From Candidatus Flexifilum breve (GTDB lineage: Bacteria; Chloroflexota; Anaerolineae; Aggregatilineales; Phototrophicaceae), in the NCBI GenBank assembly GCA_016717205.1, contig JADKGC010000011.1:217953-281952 (forward strand): 64,000 nt of DNA, read 5' to 3'. The position numbers and the translations under genes were made by a program. Within the stretch, counting starts at the first letter, position 1. The number at the start of each line of letters is the position of its first letter. Below are positions 9,751 through 20,290 of the stretch, piece by piece. The notes beneath the pieces were generated by a model, which saw only the letters and a program-made list of their open reading frames with translations, was not told the DNA's origin and did no database searches.

Positions 9751-11634
9751 TTATGGTTTGGCCGCGTCGAGCAGTGACCAGTCCGTCAAGCTGCGCAGCA
9801 CTTCTAGACGAAATGCCGTGGGCCACGCTACCAACCACTGGGACACATTGAATGGGTTGCCCCACCGTGTGTGATAGAAACCCTCATCTTGACTGCCAAC
9901 CGGACGTAGTTTGCCCATGACGCGCAGTTGGCCATCGGATATGCCCAGCATCCCATTCGACCACACCGCCTGCGCACGCTGTTTCCATACCAGATTTCCT
10001 GTCAGATCGGCAAGTTGGAGCCAGGCATCCAGAAACGACAGGGCGTAGGGATCGATATGGTGGTGCTGGGTCGAAACCGAGGTTCCGCCGAATGTGTCGT
10101 AGGCCAGTTCCGCCAATGCCGTACCCGGCGCATAGTGAACCGTGTGCTGCCACTGCCACGAAGCCAGATAATAGGCGGCATGTACGGCGTGTTGGAGGTA
10201 TTCAGCTTCTCCGGTGAGGCGATAGAGCATGAGGGCGGAACGCAGCAGCGGGATGGCTGATTCTTTGTCAATACAATGCGTGTCGAGCGCTCCGGCGGCG
10301 GTGAATCCATGCTTGATCAGTCCGGCCATGTAGAAGGCGAAGGCGCGTTTTGCCGCGGTGAGATACGCGTCTTGGCCCGAAAGCTGAAAAGCCGTGAGCA
10401 GCGGCGGCACGAGAAAGCACCCGGTCGTACCGTCCGTCGCCGCACAGGTCCCGTCATTGTGCCACGCGCGACCTAAATTTCCGTCTTCAAACTGGTGTTT
10501 GACGAAGAAATCGCAGATGCCGAACGCCAATGTTTGATAGCCGGGGCGCTCGACGCCACACCGTGCCGCCAGTTCGTGCGCCTCAAAGAAATAGGTCGCT
10601 GCCCCACCAAGATTGCAGCCATCCTGCAGGTTATCTTTGGGATGCTCAAGACCAATCAACGGGTCAAAGTGGCAGCAGAACAGCCCATTGGCCAGCGGGG
10701 CATACGCCGCCCACGAGTCGAGCGCCGCCAGCCCTTTGTCCAGCGACGCTTGATTGCCGCTGCGCAGATAATCGAACAGCAGAGCATTCGCGAGCGAGGC
10801 ATTCTGCCCACACCAACCGATTTCGTATTTCATGTCGGGGCTTTGCGACCAGTCGGGGGCCTCCCACGCCAAGCCGATAGAGAAACCCTTGAAGTGACCT
10901 TCTTCCGCCCAGAGGCTCTCTGTCGCGTATTGGACACCCCAGTTCCACAGCTCTTCGCACGTAAACCGCGGTTGATGCTGGTATTCGTGCTGCTGCCAGG
11001 CGATATCCAGCATCGTTCGCCACGCCTGACGCGGTTCCTGCACCGGGGTGAAGACCAGATACGCGCGGAGACTGATCACAGCGCCCGCTTCGAGGGCGGC
11101 AGCCGTTTCGTAAGCTGCTGCGTATTGGTCACGCGCGCTGTACACGCGCGGCGTCTCCACTTCCGGCCACAGCAGTCGATGCGTCACCTGCTGGTCAGCA
11201 GGGTGCAGCGAACAGGAGCCAGTGAAGCCTTCCGCGGCGAACAACGCCACCGACCAGTCGTCATTCTCGGAATAGGTCGCGCCGCACACCGCCACCCGGT
11301 GATAGGCGAACGTCCACGGTTCGCCATCGACCGTGAAGCCTTTGACATCCTGTCCCGGCCCCCACGGATTGCCGTTATAGGAGACGGAGGGGATCAGCCC
11401 GTAGGTCATGGGGCGGGGGACTCGGAACTCCATGAGCAACCGAACGTTGATGCTGGACGAGCTGACCTGAAAGTGCCGCACCCACGAAAAGACACCGGCG
11501 CCAATTTGAGTGAGCTCATCCGTCGCCGTGATGTGATCATGCGTAAACGGCAAGATGATCCCGATGGGTAGGTGATCCGCGTAGAATGTGGTTGTTTCGT
11601 GGTTGGACTTCCATTCCCAGCGCTGCGCACCCAT
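9751..11634 (-). CDS. Putative (alpha/alpha)6-barrel glycoside hydrolase-like protein
   Basis: 627-aa ORF with repeated YL..A..A helical motifs, GALDTHCIDKES, GTSVSTQHHHID; no signal peptide. Confidence 0.65.
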   Translation of the reverse strand: MGAQRWEWKSNHETTTFYADHLPIGIILPFTHDHITATDELTQIGAGVFSWVRHFQVSSSSINVRLLMEFRVPRPMTYGLIPSVSYNGNPWGPGQDVKGFTVDGEPWTFAYHRVAVCGATYSENDDWSVALFAAEGFTGSCSLHPADQQVTHRLLWPEVETPRVYSARDQYAAAYETAAALEAGAVISLRAYLVFTPVQEPRQAWRTMLDIAWQQHEYQHQPRFTCEELWNWGVQYATESLWAEEGHFKGFSIGLAWEAPDWSQSPDMKYEIGWCGQNASLANALLFDYLRSGNQASLDKGLAALDSWAAYAPLANGLFCCHFDPLIGLEHPKDNLQDGCNLGGAATYFFEAHELAARCGVERPGYQTLAFGICDFFVKHQFEDGNLGRAWHNDGTCAATDGTTGCFLVPPLLTAFQLSGQDAYLTAAKRAFAFYMAGLIKHGFTAAGALDTHCIDKESAIPLLRSALMLYRLTGEAEYLQHAVHAAYYLASWQWQHTVHYAPGTALAELAYDTFGGTSVSTQHHHIDPYALSFLDAWLQLADLTGNLVWKQRAQAVWSNGMLGISDGQLRVMGKLRPVGSQDEGFYHTRWGNPFNVSQWLVAWPTAFRLEVLRSLTDWSLLDAAKP

Positions 11635-11745
11635 TGACTGTCATCTCCAAATCTCAAGTTTCGCCGAGTCAGTAAAGCTGCTGATCATAACGAAGCTTTG
11701 CGCCTTGGGCGACCCAAGGTCAGTGGGGGTAACAGCCCTCCGCGC

Positions 11746-12222
11746 TTACATTTCGCGCGTGCTGCGCTTCTGCTGCATCAACTGCGCGACCGTCATCTCA
11801 TCTTCGTTGAGGTGCTGCGCTTCCAGTTCAGCCAGCTCTTCCTCATCCATGACGCTGAGCAAGCGCTTGACGCGCATTTCCCGCGTCCGCTTGATCTTCT
11901 CGCTCTCGCGGGCCGACGCAACCGCCTGACGTTCAGACACATCGTTCTTGGCGCTTTCCCAGATGGCGATCGTCGCGCCCATTGCACAGCACAGCGCTAG
12001 AAAGAGGATGACGAAAATTGCGATCTGCATGCCGCCGTCGACAAATTGTGTATTGGCAATCTGCGTTACGATCTGCTCCGTCGTGCCGGGGATGGTTTGT
12101 GGCGCGCCCTCCGTCCATACCGTATAGCGCAGCGCCGCCAGTAGCCGATCAACCGAGAACGCCGCGGCTGCCCAGATTCCCAGCGTGGCTAACATCCGTT
12201 CGCGCATGGTCTTCGCTCCCAT
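11746..12222 (-). CDS. Hypothetical 2-TM protein with cytoplasmic EKxKR tail
   Basis: Two hydrophobic segments and a charged C-terminus. Confidence 0.7.
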   Translation of the reverse strand: MGAKTMRERMLATLGIWAAAAFSVDRLLAALRYTVWTEGAPQTIPGTTEQIVTQIANTQFVDGGMQIAIFVILFLALCCAMGATIAIWESAKNDVSERQAVASARESEKIKRTREMRVKRLLSVMDEEELAELEAQHLNEDEMTVAQLMQQKRSTREM

Positions 12223-12357
12223 TTCCTAAAGTTATGTTCATAATACGCAATTTTGCGCCAATCTGTTGCACAACTACTCATATGGATCGCCTAGCCGGAA
12301 TTCGACTGTCCGCGCTATGATGAGATGATCGCGCCAACAGAGATAAAGTGGTGAACT

Positions 12358-13344
12358 ATGCTGCCCAAACTAATCGTATTGCTCGTGCTGCTCGTGGGGG
12401 TTGCGCCGACGGTCTCGGCACAGTCATCCGCGCCGCTGCCTGTCGAGCGTTGTGTCAACCTTGGCAACATGCTCGAAGCGCCCAATGAGGGCGAATGGGG
12501 CTTGAGCGTCGAGGAGTACTACTTCCAGACCATCGCCGATGCGGGCTTTGACGCGGTGCGTATTCCGACCAAGTGGTCCGGGCACGCGGATTTCGAGCCA
12601 CCCTACACCATTGACCCGAACTTTTTCGCGCGTATGGATGAGGTGATCGGCTGGGCGCTGGATGCCAATCTGACGGTGATCCTCAACATTCATCACTATG
12701 ATGAACTGGCGTGGGAACCGGAAGCGCATTTAGGGCGCGTGCTGGCGCTGTGGGATCAGATCGGCGCGCATTACGCCGACTACCCCGATACGCTGATCTT
12801 CGAGGCGATGAACGAGCCGAACAGCGCGCTCACGCCCGAACTGTGGGACACCATGCAGCCGCAGGTGATCGCCGCGATCCGCGCGACCAACCCCGAGCGC
12901 ACGATCATCGTCGGCGGGGGCTACTGGAATTCGCTGGACGGGCTGCTGGAGATGGCCATCCCGCAGGATGATCACCTGCTGGCGACCTTTCACTTCTATG
13001 ATCCGTTCGAGTTCACGCATCAGGGTGCGGAATGGGTCGAAGGGATGGATGTGTATCTCGGCACGCTGTGGGGCAGCGCCAGCGATCTGGCGTTTATCAC
13101 GGAGCGGCTGGATCTGGCGGGCGACTGGAGCGCGCGCACTGGCATCCCCGTGCTGATGGGCGAATTCGGCGCGTATTCGCGCGCGGATCAGGCGTCGCGG
13201 CTCAAGTGGACGGCTTTCGTCCGCGAGACCGCGGAAGCCGAGGGGCTGGGCTGGTGTTACTGGGAATTCGGAGCCGGGTTCGGCATCTTCGATACGGGCA
13301 CGCGCCAGTACAACGACCTGCTGCCGACGCTCATTCCGGAATAA
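12358..13344 (+). CDS. Secreted GH5 endoglucanase/cellulase-family enzyme
   Basis: NLGNMLEAP, GFDAVRIP, HHY, NEP acid/base, GEFG nucleophile, WCYWEF. Confidence 0.93.
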   Translation: MLPKLIVLLVLLVGVAPTVSAQSSAPLPVERCVNLGNMLEAPNEGEWGLSVEEYYFQTIADAGFDAVRIPTKWSGHADFEPPYTIDPNFFARMDEVIGWALDANLTVILNIHHYDELAWEPEAHLGRVLALWDQIGAHYADYPDTLIFEAMNEPNSALTPELWDTMQPQVIAAIRATNPERTIIVGGGYWNSLDGLLEMAIPQDDHLLATFHFYDPFEFTHQGAEWVEGMDVYLGTLWGSASDLAFITERLDLAGDWSARTGIPVLMGEFGAYSRADQASRLKWTAFVRETAEAEGLGWCYWEFGAGFGIFDTGTRQYNDLLPTLIPE

Positions 13345-14275
13345 CGGGCGCAGCCCCGAGCACCACACGAAATCCCCGCCCGCTGAAACGGCTGGCGGGG
13401 AGGCTGCCCGCCCGAAACGCGCACTGCGCGACCAACGGCGCATCGTCCCATGAGCCGCCGCGTACCACGCGCACGGCCTGCCCGCTCACGCCGAGATGGT
13501 GTGGGTGGGCGTGCTCATTCAAGCACCATTCCCACACATTCCCACACAGATCCTGCACGCCAAAGGGACTCGCCGCCTGCGGGTACAAGCCGACAGCGGT
13601 CGTGTGCGGCAGGTATGTCGCGCCCTGACCGCCGCTCACTTCGTCGACGTTGGCATAGCCCGCTCGATACTCATCCCCCCACGGATACAGGCGACCATCA
13701 ATACCCCGCGCCGCTTTCTCCCATTCCCATTCGGTCGGCAAACGAATCGATCCGGCGGCCGGGCGGGTGCTGGCGGGCAGCAGCGCATCCAGCCAGCGGG
13801 TGAACGCGACTGCCTGCCACCACGACACATTCTCGCGCGGGTGATTCGCGTATTTGAACCACTGCGTGGTCATGGGCTGCTGAACGAGGTCGACCCACCA
13901 GCGCGGATCGCTGTAACCGTCCGGCGCGCTGAGAAACGCCTCGAACTGCGCGTAAGTGATGGGGTACTGGGCGATCCAGAAGGGGGCGAGGTCCAGTTGG
14001 CGCTGCTGATCGCCGAGGCCATAGCGAAAGGTGCCCGAGGGAATCGCGATCCACTGGATATCGGGTAAGCCATCGGCGCGTAAGCCGACGCCGGGACGGG
14101 GATCCGCCGCGGCAAGCTGCTGGCCCCACGCCGCGCGCTCACGTGGATCCCGCCGCGCCAGTTCAGCGTTGAGGCGGGCCGCTCCATCCGGTAAGGTGAG
14201 CAGCGTCCGCAGCGCCGCCAGAGCGTTGGCGGTGGGCACGGTCAACGCCAACCGGACGAGCTGATCGGTAGCCAT
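13331..14275 (-). CDS. SUMF1/FGE-sulfatase (C-type lectin-fold) domain protein
   Basis: RLPTEWEWEKAARG, SPFGVQDLCGNVWEW, RGGSW, GFRVV. Confidence 0.9.
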   Translation of the reverse strand: MATDQLVRLALTVPTANALAALRTLLTLPDGAARLNAELARRDPRERAAWGQQLAAADPRPGVGLRADGLPDIQWIAIPSGTFRYGLGDQQRQLDLAPFWIAQYPITYAQFEAFLSAPDGYSDPRWWVDLVQQPMTTQWFKYANHPRENVSWWQAVAFTRWLDALLPASTRPAAGSIRLPTEWEWEKAARGIDGRLYPWGDEYRAGYANVDEVSGGQGATYLPHTTAVGLYPQAASPFGVQDLCGNVWEWCLNEHAHPHHLGVSGQAVRVVRGGSWDDAPLVAQCAFRAGSLPASRFSGRGFRVVLGAAPVIPE

Positions 14276-14277
14276 CG

Positions 14278-15039
14278 TTATGAATTCGCGCTCAATCGAT
14301 CGACTTCCCAGCGTGACGGAAAGACGCGCAGCCCCCACTGCGGAAAGCCCGCGCGGATTTGTGGCACACTGCACCGATCACAGCGTTCGTCGGTCAGATG
14401 CACGCGGAAGCTGTCACTGGTCGTGGGATCGAGCACGGGCGCGTAGAACTCGCGGTAGCGGCGCGGCTCATCCATGACGGTATAGGTCATGCCCGCGATC
14501 ATCTCGCCGATGGAGAGGTTGACCCACACATTTGACGTGGCGTCGAAGGTCTCGTACTGGCGCCCGACCAGCACTTCCATGATGCCATGCCAACCGCCAT
14601 CGGCCAGCACAAAGCGCCACGTTAAGCCGAAAGCGTCGTAGATCTGCGATTGGGCGAGCGAATACGTGCCGCAGTGCGCGGTCGACGACTGCACGAAGTC
14701 GAGCAGCGTGACGGGCAGCACATCGACGACATTGTAGGGTACGTCGACATGGACGATATACATGCCAAACAGGGCGCGCAGGCGGGTTTCGTCTGCCTCG
14801 TTGAAGGCGACGACCAGCGCGTCGTGATTGGCCGTGTAGTAGTTGAGGATGCGCGCGGTCGCGGTCGCATCGTCGGTCGCGTCGCCGACGAGTTCGGCCA
14901 GCGGCGGAATCGGGATAGGCATGCCGTCGGGGATCGGGACCGCTTGAAGCGAACTCGACGCCTCAAGCGCCGTATAGACCACGCCCACAGCGGTCAAGCT
15001 GATGACCATCAGCACCAGCAGCGCGATTCGTTTCGACAC
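14278..15039 (-). CDS. Exported transglutaminase-like/papain-fold hypothetical protein
   Basis: N-terminal anchor; candidate Cys-His-Asp triad HCGTY..WHGIMEV..FDAT. Confidence 0.6.
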   Translation of the reverse strand: MSKRIALLVLMVISLTAVGVVYTALEASSSLQAVPIPDGMPIPIPPLAELVGDATDDATATARILNYYTANHDALVVAFNEADETRLRALFGMYIVHVDVPYNVVDVLPVTLLDFVQSSTAHCGTYSLAQSQIYDAFGLTWRFVLADGGWHGIMEVLVGRQYETFDATSNVWVNLSIGEMIAGMTYTVMDEPRRYREFYAPVLDPTTSDSFRVHLTDERCDRCSVPQIRAGFPQWGLRVFPSRWEVDRLSANS

Positions 15040-15132
15040 CGTCCGTTTCCCCTTGTCTGTTCAGCTATGTTGGATAGTGTACCGCATTTCCATCCCGCCG
15101 CTGCCCTCGGATCTGAGTCGACTGGTGTGCAC

Positions 15133-15417
15133 TTACGGGGTGACTTTGACACCCTTCCAGAAGGCGATATACCCGCTGATCTGCTTGGCGGCGTCTTTCG
15201 GCGTCGGGTAGAACCACGCGGCGTCCTTGTTGATTTCACCGTTCACGGCCAGCGAATAATAGCTGGCCATGCCCTTCCACGGGCAGGTGGTGTGCGTGCT
15301 GCTGTCGGTGAAATACTGCATGTGGACCGAATCCGGCGGGAAGTAGTGATTACCTTCGACGACGATGGTCTGGTCGCTTTCGGCGAGGACGACATCTTTC
15401 CAGACTGCTTTGGCCAT
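15133..15417 (-). CDS. DUF427 family protein
   Basis: VVEGNHYFPP, CPWKG.ASYY, AAWFYPTPK. Confidence 0.92.
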   Translation of the reverse strand: MAKAVWKDVVLAESDQTIVVEGNHYFPPDSVHMQYFTDSSTHTTCPWKGMASYYSLAVNGEINKDAAWFYPTPKDAAKQISGYIAFWKGVKVTP

Positions 15418-15502
15418 GATGGGTACTCCTGAGGCGAACTAAGTTGACTGTATTCACTTAATAGTACCCGTAGAGCGCCCAACTCTTACATAAGATTACA
15501 AT

Positions 15503-16894
15503 TTACTCATGTATCAGCCGCGGCATGGGCGCGGATTCGCGTCCGCCGAGGGCGGGCGGCCGTGGGGTCAGCGCCTGCCGAAGCACCTTGCCCATAATGG
15601 CGGGTGTGAACAGCGAGGTCGGCGGTTTGCGCAGGTTCGATACGTCGATAAACGCGAGCGCGACGGCTTCGTCGTTGGGCAAAATGCGCCCCACCTGATC
15701 CACATACTTCTGCAGCAGGCGCGTCATCAAGTCTGGCGTGTAGCCTTCGGTCGCCGGGTAGCGCAGGTCTTCGCCGGTCGCCATCAGCCACACGGTTTGC
15801 AGGCTCGCGCCAAGGTCACGCTGGAACTTCAGGCTGAGACCCGGCGTCCCGATGCGCTTGGATTTGCAGGTCTGATCCAGCAGGAGCGCGTCCAGCGCGG
15901 CGATCGTCATGCCCTGCCCGTAGATCGGGTTGAAGGCGCACACGGCGTCGCCCACGATCAGAAAGCCATCGGGAAAACGGTCGAGTTTTTCGTAGTGCCG
16001 CCAGTGATTCTGCGTGCGCTGGTAGCCGGAAATGTCGCTGATCGGCTTGGCGTTTTTGACCGCCTCGTAGAACGCATCGGTGGGCAAGCCTTTGCTGTAT
16101 TCCAGCCAACCCGCCTCGTCGAGCGGCGGGTAGTCTTTGCTCACGCCGCCGAGCGTCGCGATCCACTGGCCACCTTCCACTTCGAAGATGGCTGCGCCGC
16201 GCGTGATGTGCGGCGGTCGCGCCAGAATGAACATGATCCGCCAGTCGATAGCGGGATCTTCCGGTTTTTCGTACCAGCGCGTCGCATAGCCGACGTAGGA
16301 GTTGACGGTGCTCTCTTCCGGCGCGCTGTAACCGAGGCTGGTCAGCCAGTCCGCCGCCTTGGAGCCGCGTCCGCTGGCATCGACGATCAGATCAGCGGTG
16401 AGTGAAGTTTGCGTCCGCGCCCCGCCGCGCTCCGTCATCTGCACGCCGATCACCCGACCATTATCCGCCGCGGCGATCAGTCCATCGACCTGCTGCCCTT
16501 CGAGGAATTTGACTTGGCAATCCTGAATCAGTCGCTGGCGGATGACAAAATCGACCAGCGCGCGGCTGCCCATGTGCGTGTGGATGCCGGTGTTGAAGCG
16601 TTTGAGCCACCCACCCGCTGTGAGATAGGCCGAGTCGGTGCCCCACTCATATTTGATCATCCCGGCGCGCTCGAAATCTAGACCGAGACCGGGGAACAAC
16701 TGCTCCATGATCTCTTCGCCGCGCGCCAGCAGCGCGTGGACATGGCGGGCCTGGGGAACGCCACTGCGCACCTCGGGCATTTCCGGGTAGTGATCCCGTT
16801 CGATGATGGTCACTTCGTCGAAGTGGTCGCTGAGCACGTGGGCGCTCAACAGCCCCGCCATGCTCCCGCCGATCACGAGCGCGCGTGTCGTCAT
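15503..16894 (-). CDS. FAD-dependent oxidoreductase/monooxygenase
   Basis: GGSMAGL Rossmann motif, DASGRGS, GDAVCAFNPIYGQGMT. Confidence 0.9.
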   Translation of the reverse strand: MTTRALVIGGSMAGLLSAHVLSDHFDEVTIIERDHYPEMPEVRSGVPQARHVHALLARGEEIMEQLFPGLGLDFERAGMIKYEWGTDSAYLTAGGWLKRFNTGIHTHMGSRALVDFVIRQRLIQDCQVKFLEGQQVDGLIAAADNGRVIGVQMTERGGARTQTSLTADLIVDASGRGSKAADWLTSLGYSAPEESTVNSYVGYATRWYEKPEDPAIDWRIMFILARPPHITRGAAIFEVEGGQWIATLGGVSKDYPPLDEAGWLEYSKGLPTDAFYEAVKNAKPISDISGYQRTQNHWRHYEKLDRFPDGFLIVGDAVCAFNPIYGQGMTIAALDALLLDQTCKSKRIGTPGLSLKFQRDLGASLQTVWLMATGEDLRYPATEGYTPDLMTRLLQKYVDQVGRILPNDEAVALAFIDVSNLRKPPTSLFTPAIMGKVLRQALTPRPPALGGRESAPMPRLIHE

Positions 16895-16998
16895 GCTTCC
16901 CCCGGTCTACTTGTGGTGCAGTCCGCATAGGTACAGCATACGCAGGATTGCCCCGGCGCGGATCCGTCTTTGGATGGATTGCGTGAAAATTGACGCAA

Positions 16999-17982
16999 TT
17001 ACGGCGTAATCAGTACCTTGCCGCCGGACATATGCGCCGAATATTCCGCCAAGGCTTCGGCGATCTGGTCGATGGGATAGCGCGCGCGCACGTCCGTTTT
17101 GAACGTGCCGCCGATATGCGTCTGCTCTTCCTGCCAGATGCTCTGGAGGTGCGCGGGTGAGAGCGTCGGCATCCAGGTGGAGAGCCAGAAGCCTTCGACC
17201 TGCTTGTGCCGGAAGATCAAATCGTCGAGGCCGATGGTTACGGGCTGCATGCTCAAACCACCATACACGATCATGCGGCTGCCCCGCGGCATGAGGTGCA
17301 GCAGGCGTCCGGTCAGCTCACCGGCGACCGCGTCGAAGCACAGGCGCGCGTTGAGCGATTTGGCCAGATCGCGAAACGTTTCTTCGAAGTTGGCGTCGTG
17401 ACTGTTGAGCACATGCTCCGCGCCGAGCGCTCGCAGTTCGGCGACCGCTTCGCCACGGCGCACAATATTGATGGTGGCGAGGCCACGTTCGCTGGCCAAC
17501 CGCTGGATCATCTTGCCGAGCGCGGAGGCGGCGGCAGTCTGCACGAAGGCGTGCTGCCCTTCGACCATGTCGACCAACGCGCGGGCGGTCAGCGGGTTGA
17601 CGAGCATCATCGACGCCTGCTCATCGCTGACGTGATCGGCGACGGGGAAAGTATTGGTCGCGGGAACACGCATGTATTCCGCCCATGAACCGTCGTCAGT
17701 CCCGGCGAAGCAGGCCACGCGCTGACCGAGCCGCCCGGGGTCGACGCCGGCGCCGACGGCCACGACCACGCCGGAGGCTTCGAAGCCGGGGATGGCGGGC
17801 AGCGGCTTGCGGATGCCGTACATGCCATAGGTGAACATGACATCACTGGGATTGATGGGCGAGGCGGCGATTTTGATCAGCAGTTCGCCGGAACGGGGTG
17901 TAGGGATGTCGCGCTCCTCAACGGTCAGCAGCCCATTGTAGTTTTTGAGCACGGCGGCGCGCATGGTTTTGGACGTGGTCAT
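16999..17982 (-). CDS. Medium-chain dehydrogenase/reductase (NADPH quinone/enoyl reductase type)
   Basis: INPSD, PGFEASG, VNPLTA, AAASALGKM, GKVLI. Confidence 0.9.
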   Translation of the reverse strand: MTTSKTMRAAVLKNYNGLLTVEERDIPTPRSGELLIKIAASPINPSDVMFTYGMYGIRKPLPAIPGFEASGVVVAVGAGVDPGRLGQRVACFAGTDDGSWAEYMRVPATNTFPVADHVSDEQASMMLVNPLTARALVDMVEGQHAFVQTAAASALGKMIQRLASERGLATINIVRRGEAVAELRALGAEHVLNSHDANFEETFRDLAKSLNARLCFDAVAGELTGRLLHLMPRGSRMIVYGGLSMQPVTIGLDDLIFRHKQVEGFWLSTWMPTLSPAHLQSIWQEEQTHIGGTFKTDVRARYPIDQIAEALAEYSAHMSGGKVLITP

Positions 17983-18097
17983 CAGGTTACCTTTTTATAA
18001 GAGCAATTGTTTGATTTGGGCGTTTTCTTTTGATCCATGACAGGGGTAAGTTCTTCATACTTCGCAATGGAACATGGGTTTCCTGTGCCATAAGACT

Positions 18098-18246
18098 TGT
18101 AGGGACGAGGCATGCCTCGTCCTATTTCCCCCTCTGGATTGGCTAATCCACCAATAAATCATTCCCATAAACTAAGTAGTCGAGACCCTATTCGGCGCGA
18201 TTTTGGTTCTATTTTCCACTGAGGACGAGGCATGCCTCGTCCCTAC
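18098..18246. repeat. Inverted GTAG REP doublet (REPIN-like)
   Basis: gtagggacgaggcatgcctcgtcct ... aggacgaggcatgcctcgtccctac. Confidence 0.85.
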
Positions 18247-18361
18247 ATTTAAAAACCTATCCTGGGTCGCCATTCCCCAAATTCAGGGAACCGAGACAGA
18301 TGGTTGTGTTCGCAGTCAGCCATATGCTCATTTTCTACCCATTATCGCCTGATTTGGACGT

Positions 18362-19090
18362 TTACACTGCCTTGATGCGGCGCAAAATGCCGTAGTAGAT
18401 CGCCGCGAGCAGCAGCGCCGCCGCAATCGCGCACCACAGCAGTGCCCACACGACCGGAGGCACCAGCGGCGCGATCTCGCGCGAGAAGGCCGCCGCGTCA
18501 TTGCTGATGTTGCCGAGCGTCGCGCCGCTGTTGTCGACCAGCGAGAACAGATCGAGCACGGCGTTGAGCGCGGTGATCATCGCCAGCACGTTCAAAATCA
18601 GCATCGCGAACCCGCGATCCGCGAAGCGCCAGATCAGCACGAGTACCACCGCAAAGCCGAGGCCGACCAGAAACGCGGTCGTGAATAGATCGGTGAACAG
18701 CAGCGTGATCACGGCGAGGAAGAGCGCCACGGTCAGCGCGAGGGTTTTGGGGAAAGGCAGCGTGTTAACGAGATAGAGCAGGAGCGCCCCGAAGACCGCC
18801 GCGCCGAGATACCCCGAAGGCAGGATGAACCAGCGCGCACCTCCGCTCGTCGTGGCGACGCCCGCGCCATTGGAGTAGACGACAAAATGATCGAAGCGCC
18901 CGCCGGTGATCAGCGCGGCGAGGCCGTGCCCGGCTTCGTGCACAAACGTCACGAACAGGCGCAGCGGATACATCAAGAAATCGAACGCTGGCACATTCCA
19001 GAGGATGAACACGATGACCACCGCAGCCGCCGCCATGAGCAGGGCGCGCTGGCGAAATAAGGCGAGATGCAGCACGACGTTCTCTCCCAT
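18362..19090 (-). CDS. M50B-like membrane metallopeptidase
   Basis: TFVHEAGH zinc motif, SGYLG, NDA; multi-TM. Confidence 0.88.
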   Translation of the reverse strand: MGENVVLHLALFRQRALLMAAAAVVIVFILWNVPAFDFLMYPLRLFVTFVHEAGHGLAALITGGRFDHFVVYSNGAGVATTSGGARWFILPSGYLGAAVFGALLLYLVNTLPFPKTLALTVALFLAVITLLFTDLFTTAFLVGLGFAVVLVLIWRFADRGFAMLILNVLAMITALNAVLDLFSLVDNSGATLGNISNDAAAFSREIAPLVPPVVWALLWCAIAAALLLAAIYYGILRRIKAV

Positions 19091-19137
19091 GTGCTAGAAT
19101 TTGATCAACTATACGCTAGGAATGGGGATTTGTCGCT

Positions 19138-20028
19138 TTGGAAACCTACCCGAATGAATTTCTCCGCTTTGGCACGGTCGGGGCACCGCAGACCGCCCGC
19201 GAGAGCGGCACACCCGCTGCTATTCTGCACATGCGCGAACTCGGCATGAGCCATCTGGAAATCGCCTGGACGCAGAGCGTGCGCGTCACCGATGAAACCT
19301 GCGCGCTGATCAAGGCGACGAGCGAAAAGGCGGGCATCTCGCTCAGCGTGCACGCGCCCTACTTCATCAACCTCAACAGCCAGACCGAAGAACTCATGAC
19401 CAAGAGTGACGCGCGGCTGCTGGCGGCGGCGCGCGCCGGGTTCAAAGCGGGCGCGTATGACATCGTGTTTCACCCCGGCAGCTACCACAGCCAGCCACCG
19501 GAACAGGTTTACGAACGCTGCAAGCAGAAGCTGATCGAGATCACGGGGATTTTGCGTGAGGAAGGCGTCGAGGTCACGCTGCGCCCGGAGACGATGGGCA
19601 AAGGCGCGATGTTCGGCACGCTCGACGAGACGATCCAGTTGGCGCGGGATGTGCCGGGGATCATGCCGTGCATCGATTGGGCGCATCTGCACGCGCGCAC
19701 GGGTGATGGCTCGTTCAACAGCTATGACGAATTCGCGGATGCGCTCAAACGGGTGCGCGACGGCCTTGGCGAGGACGGCCTCAAGCGCATGCACTTCCAC
19801 ATGAGCTCGATTGCCTACACGGCCAAGGGCGAAAAGGAGCACGTGCCGCTCAACGAAGGCGACATGCGTTACCGCGAGCTGCTGCAAGCCTTCATCGATT
19901 TCGGGGTGGGCGGCACGGTCGGCGTCGAAGCGCCGCTGCCGTTCCACACGGCGGATGCGCTCACCTTGCAGGCCACCTACCGCCGCCTGCTCAAGAAGGG
20001 CGAAGAACTGGAACAGATCGCAGATTAA
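19138..20028 (+). CDS. Endonuclease IV-like TIM-barrel AP endonuclease
   Basis: HAPYFINLNS, VFHPG, ETMGK, CIDWAHLHAR, HFH metal ligands. Confidence 0.85.
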   Translation: METYPNEFLRFGTVGAPQTARESGTPAAILHMRELGMSHLEIAWTQSVRVTDETCALIKATSEKAGISLSVHAPYFINLNSQTEELMTKSDARLLAAARAGFKAGAYDIVFHPGSYHSQPPEQVYERCKQKLIEITGILREEGVEVTLRPETMGKGAMFGTLDETIQLARDVPGIMPCIDWAHLHARTGDGSFNSYDEFADALKRVRDGLGEDGLKRMHFHMSSIAYTAKGEKEHVPLNEGDMRYRELLQAFIDFGVGGTVGVEAPLPFHTADALTLQATYRRLLKKGEELEQIAD

Positions 20029-20037
20029 GGGATGGGT

Positions 20038-20195
20038 CTCACCCCACCCGCGGGTAATCACGGCCTCACCCCATCCCCTCTCCCACAGGAGAGGGGACTT
20101 CAAAATCCTCTCTGAATTGACAGGGCGGACGCAATGAATTGCGTCCCTACACAGAAGCGGTTTTTCTCGTAGGGACGCGATTCATCGCGTCCGCA
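20038..20195. repeat. CCTCACCCC palindrome plus GTAG REP doublet
   Basis: cccctctcccacaggagagggg; gcggacgcaatgaattgcgtccctac and gtagggacgcgattcatcgcgtccgc. Confidence 0.8.
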
Positions 20196-20290
20196 AAACC
20201 CTAAAACCGATCGATAACCCGTGCTCACTCTGTTCCACGCACTGGTATGCCTCGTTCCTGCCCTTGAAAACCTGCTCCTGCCGGGTGAGG

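Noticed and set aside
11635-11688. In-frame TGA upstream of the 627-aa ORF (MISSFTDSAKLEIWR*QSM) as possible Sec or read-through
   Set aside because: A GGAG precedes the downstream ATG, there is no Cys-like context, and no evidence of conservation is available.
13331-13500. Diversity-generating retroelement
   Set aside because: No template repeat and no reverse transcriptase in the window.
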